From contig JBBSXN010000005.1 in assembly GCA_038045765.1 (NCBI GenBank), forward strand, positions 30,905-94,904: 64,000 nt of DNA, written 5' to 3'. Of the stretch, positions 35,001-42,697 are shown in pieces. Source of the stretch: Nanobdellota archaeon. GTDB lineage: Archaea > Nanobdellota > Nanobdellia > Pacearchaeales > GW2011-AR1. A model generated the notes under the pieces. That model was not told where the DNA came from. It made no database searches and saw nothing but the letters and a program-made list of their open reading frames with translations. Every line of letters begins with the position of its first letter. Position 1 is the first letter of the stretch. The translations under genes were made by a program, and so were the position numbers.

Positions 35001-36011
35001 AGGGGTAATGAAAGTTATGTTATACAAAGTTCTGGAAGTAGTTGCCCTACTACTTTGCCTACGGTTACTTGTCTAGCTGGAAATTGTCCTAGTTCTACTT
35101 CTAATGTACCTGTAAGTTGTTCTGGTAATGGAATTACTTTAACTAATACATTAACTGGCGATAAATTTACAAATATTAATTTTAGCTGGAGTAGAAAAAT
35201 TAATGGGAATGAAAGAGTATTCAATTATGGAAATGGAAGTGCAAATGCAAGTGGGAGTATAAATTATAACCGAGCTAATGATAAATCAAATGCAATTGGT
35301 GATAAGCAGATAAAACTTATTGCTAATTATACTGTTGGTGTAATTAGTTTACAGAATACTTTCTTGAGGAACTTTACACTTGGAACTTGTATTGCGAACG
35401 GTTATCAGAGATTAAATGTCGATAGTTTGGGAAGAGTAAAAAATATTACTAATACGAGAGAAAGTGGAATTGCTTGTGGTAATTCTGGAGGAGATGGATT
35501 CTGCTGTCCTGTTGGAGAAATTTGTGGAACTAATGGATGTATACAAATAGAAAACCCTATAACCACATGTTCGAATTATACTTTAAGAGATGATTGCTTA
35601 TCTGATCCATATAGTGCTAAAGAATTTGAATATTCTTCATTTGCTCAAAGAAACGGTTTAAGTCCAGAGTGTAATGTTAATTACAATTGTGTATGGAATC
35701 AAACTGCTTGTAACTTTAATATAACTCAAGTAGATAATTTAGGTAACTTTGGTGGAAGTTGTTTAGAAAGTGCTATTCCAGTTGTTGATAGTAGTTGTGA
35801 TAATGGTGAACTGACTAAGTTAATTAATATAACTTCTACTAGTTCAGGACAACTAGCATGTTTGACTTGCCAGAGCGGTGTGTTTGAAGTTCCATGTGGA
35901 AGGCCTAGTATTGAATTGCCTTTCTTTGGAATTCAACAGATAGTGTTATCGTTAATTTCTATAACTGGGTTGTATTTGTTCCTATTTAGACGAAGGGTGT
36001 TTAGAAAATAA
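32073..36011 (+). CDS. 1312-aa surface protein: Ala-rich helical N-region, Myxococcus-type Cys-rich repeats, MopE-like metal-binding motifs, shared C-terminal module with TM anchor
   Basis: Signal IIAFLFIFLLLSSNVYAS. Ala-rich EAIAIAAQAAG...AAVEAAIAEAV (about 32265-32520). CGDGNIVLPEQCE, CGNGVVDIVQGEECDTG and CNDGMQQVGEVCDTG (about 33300-33900). DEDCDGGIDEGC and EICNGIDDDCDLEVDEC (about 33975-34212). The start overlaps the upstream gene by 14 nt. Confidence 0.6.
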   Translation: MKKNNLYNQIIAFLFIFLLLSSNVYASVFQGSSDNDNGGMNEAGGDNLPPDTSDSSSEPVYAQPDPVIEAIAIAAQAAGDSHVSAETVEAATAAVEAAIAEAVSSGASEQVAQEAAIAAARVIIEGGSSVEAAQVASAIITSDTSVADNDNRPTADTNQQGRAEATSTANQVQVNTDKSDSEQAKQATKGIKERTNQEIRNKLAEGDPDAKKTLIQRAVEFFKNIPKRVAQAARDAVMLPVNIVNAIRAGDWGEVARLVTTTAVTVAGLLLGAPPGLTTAVNELINRVVDQNRNFNNIFPNGVPPLDVSTLSPAAAEALANKLRSDGNTVQVHTETIINNRGETQIVVTSIQIIGAGEGESRSTQVNINGITHTVTISGDGTGVSVSAPSQHPEVNFLQPGWDFGAFSPLIAPVCGDGNIVLPEQCEIADISEILSNPSCPNPLTCSGRLTAVVPPFAACIDTCQCLYDVPSVDDWQYIVDSCGAECNATNTINCLAGEVCSNGECTTSNFCGNGVVDIVQGEECDTGLGAVLSCAIGEICNSCQCISVTTNCNDGMQQVGEVCDTGIPSQRIRFTPPVAGNIGICRAACEDCICSGGTSNYGHIGTPTSGQIGVGPALGGEACQAKNLDGNYDLARDEDCDGGIDEGCACAVGDTRACGERGGACGIGGTQTCVLDATLGEGRWGVCTGTYQPQNEICNGIDDDCDLEVDECGCQNFFYFNRAFWESYDGLSFSPVSTVSVNNTVYLTVDTNLTYGAPVNLTIYESDCSSGNLFATSCSQKVAGLNTTITNSLTKIGKIDWNVSDQVIASTSGAAPGGIADGLLNRTFFFIANTSGQTITSSMLFVDLINIITPPGSCNIDIVTGVGKLNHRGIYFANKSIEFNQSRVGENVNVQWVIEGENEPIVNKNEKSFVMNFSRAGQKTITLNANIPGCAEQNRQVSILVTDGPGLFTYINAPFHKQVFKFATDTISVNYRGNESYVIQSSGSSCPTTLPTVTCLAGNCPSSTSNVPVSCSGNGITLTNTLTGDKFTNINFSWSRKINGNERVFNYGNGSANASGSINYNRANDKSNAIGDKQIKLIANYTVGVISLQNTFLRNFTLGTCIANGYQRLNVDSLGRVKNITNTRESGIACGNSGGDGFCCPVGEICGTNGCIQIENPITTCSNYTLRDDCLSDPYSAKEFEYSSFAQRNGLSPECNVNYNCVWNQTACNFNITQVDNLGNFGGSCLESAIPVVDSSCDNGELTKLINITSTSSGQLACLTCQSGVFEVPCGRPSIELPFFGIQQIVLSLISITGLYLFLFRRRVFRK
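34647..36011 (+). repeat. copy B of the 1.36-kb shared C-terminal module
   Basis: See copy A (23854-25212). The mosaic of identical and divergent blocks was read directly from both copies. Confidence 0.9.
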
Positions 36012-36059
36012 GAGGATTAATGGCGCTATGTTTTTAAACCAGAAAAGGTATTAGAGAAT

Positions 36060-38729
36060 ATGAAAAATAGGATGATTTTTTTAGTATTAATTTCAATTAT
36101 ATTTGTTAGTGCTTTCTCTAGTGCAAGTTATAAATATGTTAGTGAAGATATTGTAAAGTCTTATTCGGGTGGAGAGAATGTGAGGGGTAATGTTATTTTA
36201 AGTTTTAATAATGAAAATGCTAACTCTCTGATTACCAGTAGTTATGCTGGTAGCATTAAATTAATTGATTTAATAAGATCTAATGGGTATACTATTGGAG
36301 ATTATAATTGCGATAGTGCAAATTGTGGTAAAAATTATCGTGCTACTGGAGATACTAATCAATTAGATATTAGTTCTGAAAGTCAGGCTAGTAGAATTGG
36401 AATATATTTTGAAGGTAGAGAAGTTTATGTTAGAAGTGCAGATTTTTCTATAACTAGTAATGTCGGTCTTGCTTGCTCAAAACAGATAACAATCGATGTT
36501 GGAGAAAATAATCAGTTCTTGATTCAAAATAACCTGTTTAATAGAGAAGCTATATGTAGTGATGAAAAAGAATATGGATGTTTTGATAGAAATTTAGCTA
36601 GTGGTTCATATTCTAAATTACTTATTACCCAAGAAGGAGTATGCGAGAGAGTTAATTTGAGAGATGCGCCTGCGTATGAATTTGGAGCAATGATTGAAAA
36701 TACTACTAATGGTGTTAAAGGTGATTTGAAGATGGAACTTTTTAATAATGAAAGTGCATTTGTTGGTGAGTGTAATTTACCAGCATTAGACGTTGCTGTT
36801 GGTGAGAAAAAATGTATAATTGAAAAACCAATTCTAACTAATGGAAAATATTATGCTTGTATCTCTTTGAAGGGTGGAAATGCTAAATATCAAATTAAAG
36901 CCGAAACATCTGGACAAGTATGTGGAACTGGAGATATTCTTGGTGTGCAAGAAGGTGACTTCGATTATGAAATATTTGCAAAACCATTACCTTATGATTT
37001 TATTAGAAATTTAAGTATTGCGAATGCTTTTTCAAGAAGTACTGGGGATCAGATTGAAGATTACTTAGATGATTATATCTCTGAGAATTATGAAAGAAAT
37101 TGCACTTCCGGATGCATAGTTCCAGTTGCTTTCTATGGAGTTAATCAACATCTAGATTTCAATAATATATCTATTGAATATGATGCTAGTCCTGGAAATG
37201 TCGTAACTAGAAATATATTGAAAGAAATAACTCAGACTGATTCTAAAATATCTAGTGGGAATTTGAGTCTTGAATTAAGTTATGCCAAATTTAAAACACC
37301 TAGTAAGACAGTAAATAATAAAACTAGTTTTAACTTATTTATTACTGGAAAACCTTTGTTTACTACTCCTTTAAATTTAGACTTAACACCTGGTTTTGAT
37401 TTTAATGTAAATCCTAAATTTGCATTTATAGGTCTTCCGACAAGTTTTGTTGCATTGACTAGTGAGAATATTACTTCGGGAGTTTGGAAGTTTGGTGATG
37501 GAGAACAAAAAACGGCTAGTGGTAAAGTTGTTGAACATATATATGGTTCTCCAGGAAATTATAATCTAGATGTAAGCTTAACAAATACTCGAGGATTTAC
37601 TGCTAGAAAAACTTTCTCGATTAGTGTTGGAAATGCTAGTGAATCTGCAGGAATACTTCTTAATTTGAGTAAAATTAAGATAAATAAGATGAATAGCTAC
37701 ACTAAACAACAACCTATCTGGATACAGAATTATATTAATAAAAAATTAAATGTAAGTGAAGCTGAAAAAGAGATTATTGTTCTTGATGGTCGATTAAGAA
37801 ATGCAAGAAATGAGTCAGATTATATCAATATAGTTGAAGGTTTAATTGGATTAAACCTAGTTGATGGATTTAAGGTTGGTAAAAAGGGAGTTTTACCGTT
37901 TAGTCTAGGATTTTCAAGTATCGACGTCTCTTATATTGAGAATATATCTAACTATAAAGTCCCTGAAGACAAGAGAGAATTATTAAAAGAAAATATTATA
38001 TTTCTAAATGGGGAGAATTATGATTCTCAAATTAGTTTTGAAGAGGTCGTTTTAGTTTCTGGTTCAAGTGAAGAGGGCCTGTATACTAAAATTAATATAA
38101 ATCCTGGTGTAAAAATTGCTAGTAAAGGTAAAGATTATCTTATCATTGACTATCCTTTAGAGCAAATAACTTTCTCCAAAGATTACAAAGCAGAAAGCAT
38201 TTCAGGAGATTATCAGTCTGGTACATATATTCCTCTTGCTGGGGAGAATATAGAATTTATACTTCCTGGGAAAGTTAGTTTTATTGATCTTGGTGCTTAT
38301 ATATCTCCAATTGTATCTGAAGTAGGAGAATATGAGGAAGATATTTTTATAGCTAAAAAATATCCTACTAGTTGGGTAGTTATTGGTTTGATTACGATAT
38401 TTATTATCACATTTATTTTGTATATTGCCTTACAGGAATGGTATAAAAAACATTATGAATCTTATTTATTCCCTAATAAAGATGATTTATACAACCTTAT
38501 AAATTTCATATATAATTCTAGGAATAGTAGATTAAATGATGATGTTATTAAGAAGAAACTTAATGCTAATAAATGGAATGGTGAACAGATAAGCTATGCT
38601 TTCAAAAAGATTGATAGAAAGAGAACTGGAATGTTTGAAATCCCTCTATTTAGAGGTAGAGAACAAGAGAAGATAAGGGAGGAAATAGCTAAAAGACAAC
38701 CTGGTTTTAGAGATGGGAAGATTTATTAA
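36060..38729 (+). CDS. 889-aa type-I membrane surface protein with PKD domain and ~110-aa cytoplasmic tail domain
   Basis: Signal MIFLVLISIIFVSAFSSAS. GVWKFGDGEQKTASGKVVEHIYGSPGNYNLDVSLTNTRG (PKD). TM WVVIGLITIFIITFILYIAL followed by QEWYKKHYESYLFPNKDDLYNLINFIYNSRN... Confidence 0.6.
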   Translation: MKNRMIFLVLISIIFVSAFSSASYKYVSEDIVKSYSGGENVRGNVILSFNNENANSLITSSYAGSIKLIDLIRSNGYTIGDYNCDSANCGKNYRATGDTNQLDISSESQASRIGIYFEGREVYVRSADFSITSNVGLACSKQITIDVGENNQFLIQNNLFNREAICSDEKEYGCFDRNLASGSYSKLLITQEGVCERVNLRDAPAYEFGAMIENTTNGVKGDLKMELFNNESAFVGECNLPALDVAVGEKKCIIEKPILTNGKYYACISLKGGNAKYQIKAETSGQVCGTGDILGVQEGDFDYEIFAKPLPYDFIRNLSIANAFSRSTGDQIEDYLDDYISENYERNCTSGCIVPVAFYGVNQHLDFNNISIEYDASPGNVVTRNILKEITQTDSKISSGNLSLELSYAKFKTPSKTVNNKTSFNLFITGKPLFTTPLNLDLTPGFDFNVNPKFAFIGLPTSFVALTSENITSGVWKFGDGEQKTASGKVVEHIYGSPGNYNLDVSLTNTRGFTARKTFSISVGNASESAGILLNLSKIKINKMNSYTKQQPIWIQNYINKKLNVSEAEKEIIVLDGRLRNARNESDYINIVEGLIGLNLVDGFKVGKKGVLPFSLGFSSIDVSYIENISNYKVPEDKRELLKENIIFLNGENYDSQISFEEVVLVSGSSEEGLYTKININPGVKIASKGKDYLIIDYPLEQITFSKDYKAESISGDYQSGTYIPLAGENIEFILPGKVSFIDLGAYISPIVSEVGEYEEDIFIAKKYPTSWVVIGLITIFIITFILYIALQEWYKKHYESYLFPNKDDLYNLINFIYNSRNSRLNDDVIKKKLNANKWNGEQISYAFKKIDRKRTGMFEIPLFRGREQEKIREEIAKRQPGFRDGKIY

Positions 38730-38750
38730 AAGCTATTAATTTAAAAAAAC

Positions 38751-39389
38751 ATGTTAAGAATACTGAAGAATTTTTCTGTAAGAATGTTGGGTGCTATTTT
38801 TGGGAAAAAGAGAAATGTAAAGATTGGTTTCTATGGTCCTCCAAATGCTGGAAAAACTAGCTTAGCAAATAGAATATGTAAGGACTGGACTGGTGAAGAG
38901 ATTGGAATGGTCAGTAAAGTCCCTCATGAAACAAGGCATGTTCAATTTAAAGAAAAAGTCGAAATTAATCATAAAGGCAAAACCATGATTTTCAAAATGG
39001 TTGATACTCCTGGAATTGCTACCAAAATTGACTATGAAGACTTTCTTAAGTTTGGAGTTAAAAAATCTGATGCTAAGAAGAGGGCTAAGGAAGCTACACA
39101 AGGAATAATTGAATCTATTCAATGGTTAGACGACATGGAAGCAGTTGTTGTTGTCTTGGATGCTTCTTTGAATCCTTATTCTCAAGTTAATATTACTATA
39201 ATTGGTAACCTCGTTGCTAGAAAGATACCTATCTTGATAGTTGCTAACAAGATTGATTTAAAGAAAGCAGATATAAAAAAGATTGAAGCTGCTTTTCCAG
39301 AATATGAAACTGTAGGTATTTCAGCTAAAGATGGGATAAATATGGATGAATTTTATGAAGCTTTATTTAGATTAGCTAATAAGACATAA
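38751..39389 (+). CDS. small GTPase (Ras/Arf-like, archaeal)
   Basis: G1 GPPNAGKTS, G3 DTPG, G4 NKID, G5 SAK. 212 aa. Confidence 0.75.
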   Translation: MLRILKNFSVRMLGAIFGKKRNVKIGFYGPPNAGKTSLANRICKDWTGEEIGMVSKVPHETRHVQFKEKVEINHKGKTMIFKMVDTPGIATKIDYEDFLKFGVKKSDAKKRAKEATQGIIESIQWLDDMEAVVVVLDASLNPYSQVNITIIGNLVARKIPILIVANKIDLKKADIKKIEAAFPEYETVGISAKDGINMDEFYEALFRLANKT

Positions 39390-39391
39390 AA

Positions 39392-39781
39392 ATGAAAAAC
39401 AAAAAAATAAGAGGTTTGAGCTTGCACGTAATTCCTTTCTCGGAAGTCAAAGACATGGGTATAAGTGAAAGAGTAAAGAAAATACTGACTCTTATTTTAA
39501 GTAATAAAATAGTTATCTTGCATGGTAGATTGAGAGCAGAGGAAGAAGCAAGGTTAATTGAAGATACTATGGCTATGGTCGATCATATTAAAAATTTTAA
39601 AGGTATTGAACTTGCCGTTATTGAACCAGATATGAGGAAAGAATCAATATTTGGAAAGCTAAGATATAGCATTGCTAAAAGTCTTGTAGGAGACAGTAGT
39701 GCAATCACATTAATAGGTCCTGCTTCTGTTGTTAAAGAAATAAGAAGAGATCCTAAGAAACTTGAATTGATGTTGAGCTAA
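39392..39781 (+). CDS. DUF2073-like archaeal protein
   Basis: VILHGRLRAEEEARLIEDTMAMVDHIKNFKGIELAVIEP fits my recollection of DUF2073. Its position directly after the GTPase matches the conserved archaeal neighbourhood. Confidence 0.55.
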   Translation: MKNKKIRGLSLHVIPFSEVKDMGISERVKKILTLILSNKIVILHGRLRAEEEARLIEDTMAMVDHIKNFKGIELAVIEPDMRKESIFGKLRYSIAKSLVGDSSAITLIGPASVVKEIRRDPKKLELMLS

Positions 39782-39801
39782 CTTCAATCTAATTTGAAGT
39801 T
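39780..39801 (+). terminator. hairpin AACTTCAA-TCTAAT-TTGAAGTT overlapping the stop codon
   Basis: Perfect 8-bp stem read directly. Stop TAA at 39779-39781. Confidence 0.35.
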
Positions 39802-39839
39802 AAAAATAGGTTTATTAATGTTAAATGTATTTGTTAGTT

Positions 39840-40124
39840 ATGAAAAAGCAATATTGGTTTGTTCTTGCTTTTATTTTAATTGTAGTATTAAGTTTATTGA
39901 TAGTTAAGTACTATAATATTAAAGAGAATGCTAAGATAATAAAAAAGTGTACTTATCAGAGTGAAACAGTATATTATAAAATTACTAATTGTTGCGATAA
40001 TTATAACTCCCTATATAGTATATGGGGGAATTTGATATGTTCTCCCGATGGTGGTTTGACAGGTAAAGGTGATGGAAGATGCTTAGGTGAGATATCTAAT
40101 TGTACTACTATCTTTGAAAAGTAA
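39840..40124 (+). CDS. small anchored/secreted Cys-rich protein
   Basis: Start moved to ATG 39840: MKKQYWFVLAFILIVVLSLLIV, then 7 Cys in about 70 aa (CTYQ..NCCDNY..LICSPDGG..GRCLGEISNC). Confidence 0.4.
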   Translation: MKKQYWFVLAFILIVVLSLLIVKYYNIKENAKIIKKCTYQSETVYYKITNCCDNYNSLYSIWGNLICSPDGGLTGKGDGRCLGEISNCTTIFEK

Positions 40125-40170
40125 ATCTTATCATCTAAATCTTTATAATCCCTTTCAGATTATTAGTATT

Positions 40171-40563
40171 ATGGCATATAAGTGCGTGCATTGTAATAAG
40201 GTGTATAAAGATGGTTCTAGAGAAGTATTACAAGGGTGTACTGGATGCCATGGTAAATTCTTTTTTTATGTAAGGGAAGATAAACTAAAAGATATAATTG
40301 AGAATAAACCTGAAGGATTTGATTTAAGTGAAATTGAAAAGAGTCAAATTGAGGAAGATGTGAGAGAGATTGCTGGAATAACTGATGACGAAGAGCCAGT
40401 TTTCCTTGATTTTGAAAGCATAAGGATAGTCAAACCAGGTAAGTATCTCATTGATTTAGGTAAATTATTTGAGAAAAATAAACCTAGAATCTACCAGCTT
40501 GAAGATGGTAAATATATAGTAGATTTAGCTGGTAAAAACTTATTGGATAAGAAGAGAGAATAA
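40171..40563 (+). CDS. Zn-ribbon protein, DUF2072-like
   Basis: Start moved to ATG 40171: MAYKCVHCNKVYKDGSREVLQGCTGCHGKFFFYV (CxxC...CxxC). The acidic middle and the size fit the archaeal DUF2072 family as I recall it. Confidence 0.55.
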   Translation: MAYKCVHCNKVYKDGSREVLQGCTGCHGKFFFYVREDKLKDIIENKPEGFDLSEIEKSQIEEDVREIAGITDDEEPVFLDFESIRIVKPGKYLIDLGKLFEKNKPRIYQLEDGKYIVDLAGKNLLDKKRE

Positions 40564-40595
40564 ACAATTAAAAAGCCAGAATACATTAGTGTTTA

Positions 40596-41849
40596 ATGAA
40601 AGATGTTATTGATTCTAGCAATTTATCTCCTCCAGAAGATAAATTAAAAATTATTAAAAAAGAAGTTAATGATTTACTAATTATTATAAAAAATGTTTTG
40701 AGAAAAGAAAAAATAAAAGCAGAGATATTTGTCGGGGGAAGTTATGCTAAACAGACTTTAATGAGAAAAGATAATTATGATATAGATGTGTATGTAAGAT
40801 TTGATAAAAAATATGAAAAGATATCTGACTTGCTTGAAAGAGTAATAAAAAAGTCTAAATTAAACTTTGTCAAAGTACATGGAAGCAGAGATTACTTTCA
40901 AATACAGAAAGATAATGGGTTATTATTTGAGATTATACCTGTAAGGAAAATAAGTAAGCCTAATGAAGCTGAAAACGTAACTGATTTGAGCTATTTGCAT
41001 GTTAATTATGTGAAGAAAAATATTAATGAAAAAATAAAGAGAGAGATTTTGATTATGAAGGCTTTTTGTGTTGCTAATAACTGCTATGGTGCTGAATCTT
41101 ATGTTAGAGGATTTTCAGGTTATGCTATTGAGTGCTTATTGATACATTATAAAGGTTTTAATAAAACTTTGAAGGAATTGTGTAAATCTGAAGATAAGTT
41201 GTATCTTGATGGTAAAAAACATTACAAAAATAAGAATGATATTTCTATTCAAATGAATGAAAGTAAGCAAAGATCTCCGGTAGTGTTAGTTGATCCTACA
41301 TTTAAGGAAAGAAATGTATTAAGCGCTTTATCTGAAGAAACTTTTAGAAAATTCCAGAAAGTTGCTAGTAATTATCTTAAAAATCCAAGTGCTAAATATT
41401 TTGAGATTAAGATTTTAGATTTAGGTAAATTGGAGGGTAAAGCTGATAAAAATAAAGGTCAGTTATTGAAGATAAAATTGGAAACACATAAACAAGCAGG
41501 AGATATTGCTGGAGCTAAGTTGGTCAAAGCCAGCAATTATATTGAAGATAATCTAAAGAAATTCTTTGACATATTAAATAAAGAATTTCAGTACGATGAA
41601 GCTCAAAATGCTGAATTATACTTAATCGTTAAACCGAAAAAAGAAGTGGTCCTTACTGGACCTCCAATTGAGATGACAAAACATGCTTCAGTATTCAAAA
41701 AAGCACATAAAAAAACATATGCACATAAAGGGAGATTATACACTAAGCTGGAAGTTCCTCAGAATGCCTTGCATTACACCTCTCACTTTTTAGATAAAAA
41801 TAAACATCATTTTACTGGAATGGATGTTGTTAAATTGGAAGTTAATTAA
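40596..41849 (+). CDS. cca: archaeal class-I CCA-adding tRNA nucleotidyltransferase
   Basis: FVGGSYAKQTLMRKDNYDIDVYVRF (the GS...DxD nucleotidyltransferase motif of archaeal CCA enzymes), YAIECLLIHY, 417 aa. Confidence 0.8.
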   Translation: MKDVIDSSNLSPPEDKLKIIKKEVNDLLIIIKNVLRKEKIKAEIFVGGSYAKQTLMRKDNYDIDVYVRFDKKYEKISDLLERVIKKSKLNFVKVHGSRDYFQIQKDNGLLFEIIPVRKISKPNEAENVTDLSYLHVNYVKKNINEKIKREILIMKAFCVANNCYGAESYVRGFSGYAIECLLIHYKGFNKTLKELCKSEDKLYLDGKKHYKNKNDISIQMNESKQRSPVVLVDPTFKERNVLSALSEETFRKFQKVASNYLKNPSAKYFEIKILDLGKLEGKADKNKGQLLKIKLETHKQAGDIAGAKLVKASNYIEDNLKKFFDILNKEFQYDEAQNAELYLIVKPKKEVVLTGPPIEMTKHASVFKKAHKKTYAHKGRLYTKLEVPQNALHYTSHFLDKNKHHFTGMDVVKLEVN

Positions 41850-42622
41850 TTCCTCATACTTCTTTCTACAATATCATGCAATGAATCTGTGAAGAACTCT
41901 GAGTTCAACCAAACAGACATTTCTTCTTCTGCGTTTTCAGGTGTTATCATCAACATAGCTTGTTTTCTGTCTGATATGAACATTCTTGTGTTTGAGTCTA
42001 CGTACTTTGCTTTTAGACCGTGTTTGATGTTCAATTTCTTTACTTTTTCAGGATCGCCTGATAGAGCAATTTTAACTTTAACATTATTCTTTGCTAACTT
42101 TTCAAGTGAAGGTATCAAAACTCTTGATTTATCTTCAAAGTCCATAGCTGAAGTACAGATAAGAACTTCTTTTTCTGAATTTTCTACTAGTTCACGTAAT
42201 TTTGCAATTATGTTAGAACGGCCTTTAAGAGAACCAGTAATATCATGTGCTCTTACTGGTGAAATGCCTGTAGAGTGTAATTGTTCAAGTTCAGTGTATT
42301 CGTTAGTTGTTTTCAATGCTACTAATGATTTAACTTTGTCCTGAGCTTCTTGCATTGTTTCATTCTTCATTTTTTCAATAACTTCAGTAGGTTTTACTGC
42401 AATGTATTTAACTGGTTTTCCAATCTTAGTAATAGCAAATCCTCTCTTCTCCAAACTTTCCAAAACATCGTATGTTCTTGATCTTGGTACAGAAGATAAT
42501 TCAGCTACTTCACCTGCAGAAGCTATGCCTTTTGAAAGCAAAGCTAACCAGACTTTTGTCTCGTATATATTAAGATTAAAGTATTCCTTTATTCTCTTAA
42601 CTAATTCTTGTTTTATTATCAT
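41846..42622 (-). CDS. TrmB-family transcriptional regulator
   Basis: N-terminal wHTH YETKVWLALLSKGIASAGEVAELSSVPRSRTYDVLESLEKRGF. 258 aa with a C-terminal effector-type domain. Confidence 0.75.
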   Translation of the reverse strand: MIIKQELVKRIKEYFNLNIYETKVWLALLSKGIASAGEVAELSSVPRSRTYDVLESLEKRGFAITKIGKPVKYIAVKPTEVIEKMKNETMQEAQDKVKSLVALKTTNEYTELEQLHSTGISPVRAHDITGSLKGRSNIIAKLRELVENSEKEVLICTSAMDFEDKSRVLIPSLEKLAKNNVKVKIALSGDPEKVKKLNIKHGLKAKYVDSNTRMFISDRKQAMLMITPENAEEEMSVWLNSEFFTDSLHDIVERSMRN

Positions 42623-42697
42623 GTTTAAGTGATAAAAATAGGGTATTTAAATGTTTCTCTTGTTGTAACTATGTAATAAGAACAATAGCAGTAATTG

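Noticed and set aside
23854-36011. Diversity-generating retroelement (template/variable repeat) as an explanation for the duplicated module
   Set aside because: Differences between the copies are of all substitution types plus indels, not adenine-specific. The repeats are over 1.3 kb, not ~100-150 bp. No reverse transcriptase is in the window.
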